From contig OZ231126.1 of NCBI GenBank assembly GCA_965153355.1, positions 38,874,001 through 38,938,000 of the forward strand: a stretch of 64,000 bases of DNA, written 5' to 3'. Numbering within the stretch: position 1 is the first letter of the stretch; every line of letters begins with the position of its first letter. This DNA is from Flaccisagitta enflata (lineage: Eukaryota). The notes beneath the pieces were generated by a model that made no database searches, was not told where the DNA came from, and saw only the letters and a program-made list of their open reading frames with translations. Shown piece by piece: positions 24,654-36,304 of the stretch. A program made the position numbers and the translations under genes.

Positions 24654-27154
24654 GTTTCCAAAATCAATCGACATCTCAAACTAATCAAATCAAATCCTCA
24701 TGATGATTTTGGTGGTCTAAATATTGTTTTGTATGGTGATCCTTATCAACTGGGACCAGTGGCGGACAAGCATATTTTTGAGTATGATGCCAAAGATCCA
24801 TACGGCATAATTTCAGAAGGAGTACTCTTTGAAAATTTTTGTAGCTTTGAACTGACGGAAATTATGAGACAAGCGGACAAAATCTTACAAGATGCTCTTT
24901 GTGATTTGTCTGATGCGTCCACTCCTATGTCTGCCCAAAATGTTGCCCTTTTCAAGAGCCGAGTGAAGAACGAAGAGGATTTGAAAATTGAACCTCACAT
25001 GAGAATTGACCTATTCGCATTCAATGCGGATGTGAATGCTCACAATGATCAGCTTATTGCTGAAGTTAAAGGGGAATCGCATTTGGTTGATGCAGATTTG
25101 TCAATCATGGGTGATGAAACTAAGGCAGTTAAAGACAAAGTAAAGCAGGCCATACGAGACAGACATGACCATACTGAGACAGTCGGACTTAGGCTTCATG
25201 TTGATTACAAAGTTGGCGGGCGGTATTCTATTCCCGTTAATGTTGACTTGACTGATGGACTTGTCAATGGTGCCATAGGTACTTTGCAACATGTTGATAT
25301 TGATAGCCAAGGTAAACCGATCACCTTGTGGGTTAAATTTGACCATGAAGAAGTTGGCAAAAATCGCCGACAGTTACTGTCAAACAATCAACGTTACAAG
25401 CAACATATCCAAAATGGCCTAACGCCAATTTGGAAAGTTGCAAAAAATTTTCCAACTTGCAGGAAACGTTTAACAGGACGAGTTGTGTGTTTTCCCTTGT
25501 ACTATGCGTATGGTTTTACCATATGCAAAGCACAAGGAAATAACCACATTGGAATTCAAACTATTGTCCATCTAAATGCAAGAAGGAAAATTCCTCGGCG
25601 CCAAAAGTGTATGTTGCTTTCTCACGGACGGACAAAATTGACAATTTAACAATCATTGGGTCTTTTGAAGACCCATGGTTTCGAGAGGAAGAAGCAAGGA
25701 AGAAGTCTAGAGGTCAGATTAGAGAGGATGAAATAAGGGATGGTTATGGTAAATTACTGGAAAAAAAAGTTTTGTTGACTTGGAATCCCCTGTACAACAT
25801 ACAAAATTGCAACAGAATTATATCCTTTTTCAATGTCAATTCATTACACTGCCACATAAATGATGTAAAAAATGATTTCAGTCTTTTGGCATCTGATTTA
25901 ATCTTTTTTATAGACACAAGACTGAAAAAAAATGAAATTCTTAGTTTACAAGGATATAATTTCGTTGTTGGTCTTTGCATGAATAATGACAAACGTGTAC
26001 CAGGGGGAATATGTTTGTATGCCAAGTCAAATCAGAAGGTTTGTATCATAAAAGATGTAAACATCCAAGAGAACGGATATTACTATCAGGTAATCATATG
26101 TTCAGTGGGAGATTTGGTAATCCTTGGTCTTTATTTCAGCCCCAAGTGTTTAATGAAACATAGGGTCGAGTGTCTCCAAATAGCTTTGAAAGAAGTAGCT
26201 AGTTGTAAGGGAGATATTCTTATTGGTGGTGACTTCAATTGCAACACATGTTTTGACATTCTATCTGAAAATAGTTTCATCCAACTACCCTTAGATGAGA
26301 CAACAAGGTTTGCCACCAACATTGATCAAATGTACATCAAGACAAATAAGGAATATATTTTTGGTTGCAATCCTTGTTACTATAGCGATCACAATCCAAC
26401 ATATTTTGGGTTTAAATCTGTAGTTGATGATGACATGGATGTATTTGGTGACATAGACTTACCAACAATGGATACAACTTCTGGTGATCTTTCTCAAATT
26501 GATGACATGGATTGCTCTTCTGTGACTGATACAATTGGTTGTAATATGTTTAAAAGTGACAGGATGAGTGCTGGAACAGATGGCCAGTTTGCCTCTTTGC
26601 AACTGCCTGTGAATAAACATGCCCATGTTATTGACAGACTTGACTCGCGATCATCAAATGACCTCATTCAATTCTTGAACTGCCATGATTATCTTGTTAC
26701 CAACTGTAATAGCACTACTCAAATCGGTAACAGTTGTGGTTACATATGTGCCAGTATTGCAAGTTATGTCTATCAATCGCAACAGGATTCTTGGATATCA
26801 TTTGGTAAGTATGATCATCCAAGCTATCATCCAGATATAGTAGCATACAATTACATACTCAACATAGATCGCAGTGATGCGCAATTGCTAGACTCAGTGC
26901 AAATATTGAAGTTAGTCACTAGTTTGACTGGTGACCCCAATTTAAAGTGGTTTTTGGTACAAGATGTCAACTTATTTAAATCATTAGTGACATCTGATTT
27001 TAAGGATATTTCATTCCCTAAAAATGGTCAAAAGAAATGGGCAGTGTTTACTATCAATGATGCTATATTGAGCAATGAACAGAGAAAAAAAAATGTTCAG
27101 TCAAATGTCTGTGTTGGATCACACTGGTATACGGTTGTGATTGATATTGATTGA
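24654..27154 (+). pseudogene. 5'-truncated Helentron/Helitron polyprotein: PIF1-type helicase C-terminal half, EEP (APE-like) endonuclease, papain-like cysteine protease; one frameshift near 25600
   Basis: Helicase motifs FGGLNIVLYGDPYQLGPV, LTEIMRQ, DGLVNGAIG, AYGFTICKAQG and, in the -1 frame, YVAFSR; endonuclease motifs FNVNSL, GGICLY, YFSP, GDFN, IDQMY, SDH; C-terminal QIGNSCG...GSHWYTVVID. Rep domain and Walker A/B are missing. Confidence 0.9.
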
Positions 27155-27734
27155 GCAACGCGACTCTACACCCTGCTCTCTTTTTTATGTTTTTTATTCT
27201 CAGAATAAATGTCCAGTATCAAATAAAGCCTCTGATAACCTGCCTTGTTCAGTTTTGTGCTACGCAACTCATAGGTCGCTTTTCAGTTAGTTGGTTGGTC
27301 CGTCAGTCCATCTCAAAGTTGTTTTAAAGGTGTTTTCAATGTTTTTAAGGATTTTCCAACTATCACAAGGTCTCTCTGTTTTCCTGTCTGTGTCTGTCTG
27401 TGCGTCAAACTCTCTGAAAAAAAAAGATGCACACAGTGTTGATCTAATGACCTTGCTTTTTGTATCATTGCATCATTAAAAGGACTTGTTTGTCTGTACA
27501 GAAAGAGAGAGCAATAAAGAGAGAGAGAGATAGAGTGAGAGAGAGACACGCACGCAAACTTACACACATGCACACACATACACACAAACACACACACACA
27601 TAGACACAAAATACACTAAGAACCAACATATTCACAGACAAAAGACAAAGTTTGCCAAGATTACCTTGATCATTTCTATGCAATTATCATTGTCAATATT
27701 TTTACAAATATCCACATATCATATCAAAATTATT

Positions 27735-28720
27735 TTTAGCAACAAAAAATGGCTGTTTGATGCGCTAGTTTTGTCATGTGTCATGTGTGTCATGTGCAAT
27801 TCCTTGACAAAACTAGATGCATATTTTCTTTTTTATAATTTTCGCACGACTTTGTGTAATATGAGAGGATAAAACAATTTAATCCCAGCGATATATTTTT
27901 ATTAATCAGCAATTGTTAATCATTATTGATTATTATTAGTATTTATTGATTGTTAAATATCAATTTTGGATTATTTAGTATTGATTATTAACTATCAATC
28001 ATTAATCATCAATTATTTATTAATAATTGTTTATCCTTAATTAATAAGTATTCATTATCAATTATCAATTATTAATTATCAATTATTAATTATTGATTAT
28101 TAAATATTGATTATTGATTATCAATTATTAATCATTAATTATTATTTATCAGCTACTAATTATTGATTATTAATTATTGATTATTAATTATCATTTATTA
28201 ATTATAATTTTTGAAGTATTTTTAACAACAAAAAATGGCTGTTTGAGGCGCTAATTTTGTCATGTGTCATGTGTGTCATGTGCAATTCCTTGACAAAACT
28301 AGATGCATATTTTCATTTCTATAATTCTCTCAAAACTTTGTGTAATATAGGAGGATACAACACTTTAATCCCAGCAATATATTTTTAAGTTGCAGATGTA
28401 AAATGAGCCAAATTTTTCCTGTTCAAGTTATTTTGGTATTCACTGAAGCTGTGTCTTATAGATATTTTTTTATGAACAAAAATGGCTGTTTGAGGCGCTG
28501 ATTTTGTCATGTGTCATGTGTGTCATGTGCAATTCCTTGACAAAACTAGATGCATATTTTCATTTCTATAATTGTCGCACAACTTGGTGTAATATAAGAG
28601 GTAAAGCACTTTAATCCCAGCAATAAATTTTGAAGTTGCCAATGTAAGATGAGCCAAATTTTTCCTGTTTAAGCTATTTTGGTATTCACTGAAGCTGTGG
28701 CTTTCACATATTTTTTGACA
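27735..28720. repeat. Three copies of an about 250-bp repeat with an internal hairpin, downstream of the Helentron ORF
   Basis: aacaaaaa(a)tggctgtttga.gcgct..ttttgtcatgtgtcatgtgtgtcatgtgcaattccttgacaaaactag at about 27741, 28227 and 28476; copies 1 and 2 are separated by an AT-rich low-complexity expansion (27900-28210). Confidence 0.9.
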
Positions 28721-30091
28721 TAAAACGGCTGTTGGCCCTCTGGATGGTGGGTTTGAGTCCTGCGCATGGCAGGTTCTTTAACCAAGGTTGAAGCATTTGC
28801 CTCGCAGACGTGGCTCAAGATTCAGTTACTGGAAACTCTGGCGAAGGTTGGAGGTCTGGATAACTGTAGCTTGCTAGTATCATTGCTAGCGTTAATCATG
28901 AATGTTGTACCAAAACCCATCACAAAAATAGCAATATTTCAATTGGCTACTGTGTTATATTTATGTGATGACACATACAGGGCGAAATTTGAAAAACAAT
29001 ACATGCCCTCATATGAATTTTGTGTGAAAGAGGTTTAAAACATGGTTGGCCCAAACGCCTTTGAAAATGGAATTCATGGAGAAATTTGTGTAGGATGATG
29101 AGACCTCATTTTTATCAAATTGATTGCTTCTACCACTGCAATGATACACGGCCACCAGTTGCGGATGGGTGGGCAGGGGCGGATATGCGCGTCTTCCCAC
29201 TTTTCGACTCATGCTGATGGATGGACGGACGGACGGACGGACGGACGGATGGACAGACGGACGGACGGACAGACGGACAGACAAAGCCTCTTATAGAGTT
29301 TTGTGTCCGCAACTAAAAATGGCTGATGATCATGACTTTGTTGTCACTGCCAAAATCACTTTCACATCTTACAAATCTGTGACTAGCAGTAACTGATCAT
29401 AACAACCATTGATGCCAATACAATTTTGATGATATCTATTATCCTCTGCACATGAAAATGCTGTTGCTTCATTTTCAAAACTATTGTGTCATGTGCAGAT
29501 TCCTTAACAGAAGTAGATTAAGGATGTAAGTTTGTAGTGACCTGGGATAAGTGTTGTAAGAAATTGTGTTACAGCCATTTATTTGTTTGGAGACTAATTG
29601 TTTGGAGACTTACTTTTGTTTAAAATATTCTATCATTCTGATCTTGGTGGATGTCATATCATAGAGTTTTTTTTTTCAGGGAGGTATAGAAATCATTTTT
29701 AGATATCTTGAATGAGGGCTTAACTCAAATTCAAGATTTAGTTGAGGTAGGTAGGAGGGACCTAAAAGTCTCCCCCTCATTTATTGCTTATACTGTTTGG
29801 TCTGCAGACTTTGAATGTCATGAGAAACAGAGTCTCTTTTCAATGTATTGGTAGTAAGTGAGGGGCCGCCAAGTGGGTGGTCCTGGCGCGGGACAATGAG
29901 GGTATGAGTTTGCCATACCCTCATTCTCCTTACCGAAGAGACTAGTATGGTTAAATATCTGAATAATTAACTTCTTATGATCTTGGATTTGCAGATTAGG
30001 CCTTTGAAGATGAAATGTCTGCAGTTGTGACTAAATGTGTTAGTGAGGTATCATTGTGCAAGTGTTATGAAGATACATCAGAAGGAGGAAG

Positions 30092-30273
30092 TTTTTAGTC
30101 GCGTGCACGCGACTCTACAACCCGCTCTGTCCGTCGGTTGGTCTGTTGGTCGGTCACGCTTAGCTTTTTTTGGCATTTACGGGCAATTTGGGGGTTACTG
30201 CTCCTGCCCAACTTTTTCATCATTGCCCCTGCCCACCCGCATGCGACTAGGGTAGCCGTGTATACGGCCTTGT
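30092..30273 (+). mobile_element. DINE-1/HINE-like element (family A)
   Basis: ttttagtcgcgtgcacgcgact ... gccgtgtatacggccttgtt. Confidence 0.88.
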
Positions 30274-30314
30274 TGACTAAAAGAGTTACTTTCGCTAATT
30301 TGGGGAGATCCAGT

Positions 30315-31210
30315 GACTGAAAAGAGGAAACACAGTTGCTGACAAGAGGAGATGCAAATGTTGACAAGGGGAGTGACTGAAAAGAGGAAACGCAGTTGCT
30401 GGCAAGAGGAGAAGCAGTCGCTGGCAAGAGAAGAAACAGTTGCTGGCAAGAGAAGAAACAGTCGCTGGCAAGTGATGCAGTCGCTGGAAAGACAAGATGC
30501 AGACGTTGGCAAGAGAAGACGCAGTTGCTGGCAAGAGAAGATGCAGTTGCTGGCAAAAGGAGACGCAGTTGCTGGCACAAGAAGATGCAGTTACTGGCGA
30601 GAGGGATGCAGTTACTGGCAAGAGGAGACGCAGTTGCTGGCAAGAGGAGACGCAGTTGCTGCAAGAAGAGACGCAGTTGCTGCAAGAGGAGATGCAGTCG
30701 CTGGCAAGAGGAGATGCAGTTGCTGGCAAAAGGAGATGCAGTCGCTGGCAAGAGGAGATGCAGTCGCTGGCAAGAGGAGATGCAGTCGCTGGCAAGAGGA
30801 GATGCAGTCCCTGGCAAGAGGAGATGCAGTTGCTGGCAAGAAAGAGATACAGTTATTCGCAGAAGGAGATGCAGTTGCTGGCAAGAGGAGATACAGTTGC
30901 TAGCAAGAGGAGGTGCAGTCGCTGCAAGAAGAGACGCAGTTGCTGGCAAGAGAAGACGCAGTTGCTGGCAAGAGGAGATGCAGTTGCTGGCAAGAGGAGA
31001 TGCAGTTGCTGCCAAGAGGAGACGCAGTTGCTAGCATGAGGAGATGCAGTCGCTGGCATAAGGAGAAACAGTCATTGGCCAGAGGAGACGCAGTTGCTGG
31101 CAATATAGGACGCAATTGCTGGCAAGAGGAGATGCAGTCACTGGCAAGAGGAGACGCAGTTGCTGGCAATAGGATACGCAGTGGCTGGCTAGAGGAGACC
31201 AGTGGCTGGC
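30315..31210. repeat. 22-bp minisatellite (ggcaagaggagatgcagttgct)
   Basis: About 40 variant units; explains the many overlapping ORFs here. Confidence 0.95.
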
Positions 31211-31839
31211 AAAAAAGCCTTAAAGAAAAGACAAAATACTCACAGAAAGACACATTAGTGAAAGGACGCTATAGACTACTTTGATGAATGAATTCTTTCC
31301 TGATGGATAATCTCTCAATTTTTTTTTCTGATTTTCAATTTGTTGCCATGAAACAAATCTTTTCTTTCTATGATTAAAGAGTTGTTGTCTAACATTGAGT
31401 TTTGTATCAATAGTAGTCAGTGATTCTTATTTTTCTTCATTGAGAGATATTATGAGGTTGTGGCTGTATTAGGAATAATGTTATTTACGAGTGCTAGAGA
31501 GCTTGATTTTAATGTGGGAAGGCTGCTAAGGGAAAGATTTTAGCTTCGCCTGGACAACTATAAGAAATATGTCCACACCCTGTCACACTGAGTTTACACT
31601 TACACATAGGGATTTTTATATCTCTGGAACGATGAAGTGCAGTTTCTTTGGCGGATAAACTGAAAAAAAAAGTACCTAAAACCCATGGATAGATTTTTGT
31701 CAATGAATCAGTGAAATACTGATGTCACAATGTGTGGACGCATTTCTCATTGGCCCGGTGAATCTTGAATCATGCTTAAGAGGCCTGAAAAGCTCAATTT
31801 CAAATCTTAGAGGGCTCATTTAAGGTTGGGCAGGTCCCA

Positions 31840-34443
31840 AAGGGAGGCAGGGCAGCAGCGCCAAAGGGGACAGAGTCCTGCAGAGCGTAGGGGGACATTC
31901 CTTCTTCTTGCCTGAGGGCTGATTCAAGGCCTGAGGAAGCTGGCTGAACTAATTCAAAGCCTGAGAGGACTGAAATAAGCCGTGAGAAGGCTGATTTGAA
32001 GCTTGATAGAACTGATTTCAGGCCTGGAAGGGCTGCTTTCAGGGAGGCGACACCAAATTTGAAGCTTGCGACTTGAGAGGAGTAGTCTGAGGCTATATAG
32101 GATTGATTTGAAGCTTGAAGCTATTGAGGGCTTACTTCAGGTCTAGGAGGGATGATTTGATGTCTGAGAGGGCTAAACAGAGGTCTAAGAGGGTTTGTTT
32201 GAAGTTTAAGAGGCTTGATTGAGGCCTAAGAAGGCTAAAAGAGGCCTAAGAGGATTGATTTGAGGTTGGGCGGGCCCCAAAGGGGACAAAGTCCTGTAGA
32301 ACACAAGGGTTTTGAGGCATGAATAAGCAGTTTTGAAAGCGAATTTAATGCCTGATATAGGCTTATGAGGGCTGATATGCCCTTGACAGGACTGATTTGA
32401 GACTGGATTTAAAGCTGGAAAGGGTTGAGGCCTTAGGGGAGTTATTTGAGGCCTAGTACTGTATTGAGGCCTTTGAGGAATGATTTTGAGCTTGTGAGGG
32501 CTAATCTGAGGCCATACAAGCTTGATTTGAAGCTTGAGACAATAGAGAACTGGGAGGGCTGATATGCTGCCTGAGAGACCTGATTTGAGGCCTGGGAGGG
32601 CTGATTTGAAGTTTAGGAGGGTTGATTGAGGCCAGAGAGGGCTAAATGAGGCCTGAGAGGACTGATTCGAGTTTAGGCGGTCTCAAGCTGCTAATTTAGG
32701 GTCTAAAGGACTGATATGGGGTCTGATAAGGCTGATTTGGGTGTATATGGGCGGATATAGGGTTGATGATAGATGATTTGGGTCTGAGAGGAATTATTTG
32801 GAGTCTGGGGGGCAGATTCAGGGTCTGAAGCTGGCTAATTCAGGATCTGGAGGGTTGATACGGACTCTAAGAGGGTCTGTGATGGGTAATATGTGGTCTG
32901 AATGGGCTTGAAGCCTGAGACAACCAAATGGTTTATATGGAATCTGAGAGGGCTGATTTAGGGTCTGTTATGGCTAATATGTGATCTGAAAGGGCTTGAA
33001 GCCTGAGAGAGCTAAATATTGATTTGGGATTGAGAGGGCTAGTTTGAAGCCATAAAGGGGTCATATGGGATCTGAGAGGGCTGACGTGGGGTCTGAGAGG
33101 GCTGATAAGGGGTCTGAGAGGGATGACTTAGCGTCTTGAGAGCTAATTTAGGGTCTGAAACTGGGTAATTTAGGGTTTGAAGGGCTGATATGGGGTTTGA
33201 TAAGGCTGATTAGGGTCCGTGTGGGCTGATTTAGGGTCCATGATTGATTATTCGGGGATGATAATGGTTGATGTGGGATGTGAGAGGGCTGATTTGGGAT
33301 CCAAGAGGACTGACATCAAGTCTGACAGGGCTGATAAGGGGTCAAAGAGGGCTGATACCGGTCTGTGTGGGCGGATTTTAAGGTTTCTCATAGCTAATAT
33401 GTGGTCTGAAAGGGTTAGAAGCTGAGAAAGATAATTGCTGATTTGGAGTTGAGAGGGCAGGTTTGAAGCCTTGAAGGGGTCATTGATGGTTAATATGGGA
33501 TCTGAAAGGGCTGATTTGGTGTCTGAGAGGGCTAATATTGGGTCTGAGAGGGCTAATATTGGATCTGAGAGGGCTGATAAGGGGTCTGAGAGGGAAGATT
33601 TGGGCTTGATTTTGAGCTTGATAGGGCTAATCTGAGGTCATACAAGATTGATTTGAGGCTTGAGACAATAGAGGGCTGATTTGAGGCCTGGGAGGGCTGA
33701 TTTGATGTATGAGAGACCAAATCTGCGGCCTGGGAGGGCTGATTTAAGGTTAAAGAGGGTTGATTAAGGCCAGAGAGGGCTAGATGAGGCCTAAGAGGAC
33801 TGATTTGAGGTTGGGCAGGCCCCGAAGGGGACAAAGTCCTGTAGAACACAGGGGTTCTGAGGCATAAATAAGCACTTTTGAGGTTAAATTATGCCTGCGA
33901 GGTCAGATTTAAGGCCTGAGAGAGTTATTTTGAAGCTTTAGAGTCCAATTTAAGTCTGAATTGTGGCCTGGGAGGGCTGATTTGATGTATGAGAGACCAA
34001 ATCTGCTGCCTGGGAGGGCTGATTTAAGGTTAAAGAGGGTTGATTAAGGCCAGAGAGGGCTAGATGAGGCCTAAGAGGACTGATTTGTGGTTAGGCAGGC
34101 CCCGAAGGGGACAAAGTCCTGTAGAACACAGGGGTTCTGAGGCATAAATAAGCACTTTTGAGGTTAAATTATGCCTGCGAGGTCAGATTTAAGGCCTGAG
34201 AGAGTTATTTTGAAGCTTTAGAGTCTAATTTAAGTCTGAATTGTCTAAAATGAGGTCTGAAAGGGCTGTTTTAAGGCCTCTGAGAGCTGATTTGAGGTGT
34301 GGGAGGGCAAATTTGATGTCTGAGAGAGCTAATTCTAGGCCTGGGAGGGCTGATCAGAGGCTTGGTGGTAAGGGGGGGACGAACGAACGAAAGTCCCCTG
34401 TGTTCTACAGGACTTCGTCCCCTTCGGGGCCGCTGCCCAAAAA
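31840..34443. mobile_element. Expanded family B element(s) with degenerate 21-bp repeat arrays and internal tandem duplications
   Basis: ggcccc.aaggggacaaagtcctgtagaacaca recurs at about 32272, 33818 and 34098; near-exact ~280-bp duplication 33685-33960 / 33965-34240; closes with ccccttcggggccgctgcccaaaaa at 34418-34443. Confidence 0.75.
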
Positions 34444-34446
34444 AAG

Positions 34447-35255
34447 AATAGTCGCAAAAGCGTTAGATGGTCAGCGGAACCCGTTGCCCCTGTGTTTGTG
34501 TATGTAAGTGTGATGGTGAGAGGGGCAGCGGCCCCGAAGGGGCCGATGACCTATGCTCAGTAAGTTTGGAAGCTTGAGGCTGGAATTTGAGCATTGCTGC
34601 AAGGATTTGAGCCTTGAAGCTGAGATTTGAGCCTCAAAGCTAGGATATGAGCCTCAAAGCTAGGATTTGAGCCTCAAGGTTAGGATTTGAGCCTTAAGGT
34701 AAGGATTTGAGTTTTGAGGCTGGGATTAGAGCCTCAAGGTTGGGATTTGTGTCTCAAGACTGGGATTTGAGTCTCAAGGTTGGGATTTGAGTCTCAAGAT
34801 TGGGATTTAACTCTCAAGGTTGGGATTTGAGCCTCAAGGCTGGAATTTGAGCCTCCGGATTGAATTTGAGCCTTAAGGCCAGAATTTGAGCCACGAGGCT
34901 GGAATTTGAGCCACGAGGCTGGAACTTGAGCCTAGAGGCTGGAATTTGAGCCTTGAGGCTGGAATTTGAGCCGTGCAGCTGGAATTTGAGCCTTGAGGCT
35001 GGAATTTGAGCCTTGAGGCTGGTGATCTCATGGCTGGAACTTGAGCCTCATGGCTGGAATTTGAGCCTTATAGCTGGAATTTGAGCCTTGAAGCTGGTAT
35101 TTGAGCCTTGAGGCTGGTATTTGAGCCTTGAGGCTGGGGTTTGAGCCTCGGAAGGGGGGGGGACGGACGGAGGAGAAGGAGAAGGAGGAGAAGGAGAAAT
35201 TTGTCCTATGTGTGAAAGCAAAGGTCATCGGCCCCTTCGGGGCCGCTGCCCAAAA
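34447..35255 (-). mobile_element. Family B element with 20-bp gctggaatttgagccttgag array
   Basis: aatagtcgcaaaagcgttagatggtcagcgg end shared with 41778 and 47014; inverted gggcagcggccccgaaggggccgatgacct repeats. Confidence 0.82.
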
Positions 35256-36072
35256 AGGAACAAAAAAGAACAAGATTGCATACACACTGAACATGGCTAG
35301 CCCATTTGTGTGCGGGAGCCTCGAGGCTCAAATACCAGCCTCAAGGCTCAAATACCCCCCTCAAGGCTTAAATACCAGCCTCAAGGCTCAAACACCAGCC
35401 TCAAGGCTTAAATACCAGCCTTACGGCTCAAAACTAACCTTTCAGGTTCAGCTCTCATCCTTGAGGCTTTAGACTCACAAAGCATAGGTCATCGGCCCCT
35501 TTGGGGCCGCTGCCCCCCTCACTGCCACACATCCATCTATACTCATATAGGGGCCATTTATTACTACCCCTGCCCACCAGCACACAATTTGGATAGCCAT
35601 GTATCCGGCTTGATTTGTTGAAAAAAAAACAGAAGGGACTCATATTTTGCCCTTTTGGGCCCTTGAGGGGCCTCTGAAGGACCCCTCACGGGCCCTCATC
35701 CTGAATATTTCCATGATCCATCTTTAATCTTTAAATATCTTCCAAACGAGACTAATACCCAGTTTTTTTTTTTCAAACCCGTTTAGAAACAATAAAGAAA
35801 ATAAAGTAAACAATTATTTTCCTATTTCCATCATTGAGAAGGCTGTAAATAAAAGATCAGCAGACTAACGAAAATATTACAGCTGAAAATATTTCGCGAC
35901 GGTTTTCCGGCATTCAGCACACAATTATGGGTTGGAATGACCAAGAATTGGACGATGGTCTGTTTGTATAGGTACTTCCCATTAAATACGAATCGTGTGA
36001 ACCGTTTGAGATACAGACCTGGGATTGGTCTAGAATGAAAGATTTTTTGAAAATATTTCAAAATGTCTTTCT

Positions 36073-36273
36073 TAACAAGGCCAGATACATGGCTACCCCA
36101 GTCGCGTACGGGTGGGCAGGAGCTGTATTTGAGGTCACTTAATCATTTGGGCAGGAGCAGTGAGGCCAAAGACCGCGAAAATAAAAAAAAAGTAAAGTGT
36201 GACGGACGGACGGACGGATGGACGGACGGACCGACAAAGCAGGTTGTAGAGTCGCGTAGCACGCGACTAAAAA
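36073..36273 (-). mobile_element. DINE-1/HINE-like element (family A)
   Basis: Same structure as 9363-9568. Confidence 0.88.
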
Positions 36274-36304
36274 TAACTAATATTATTTTTTATATCTGTT
36301 TTAT

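Noticed and set aside
28735-28790. B-box-like gggtttgagtcc suggesting a tRNA or SINE
   Set aside because: No convincing A box or cloverleaf could be built.
30095-31284. Cys/Gln-rich overlapping ORFs
   Set aside because: Artefacts of a 22-bp minisatellite.
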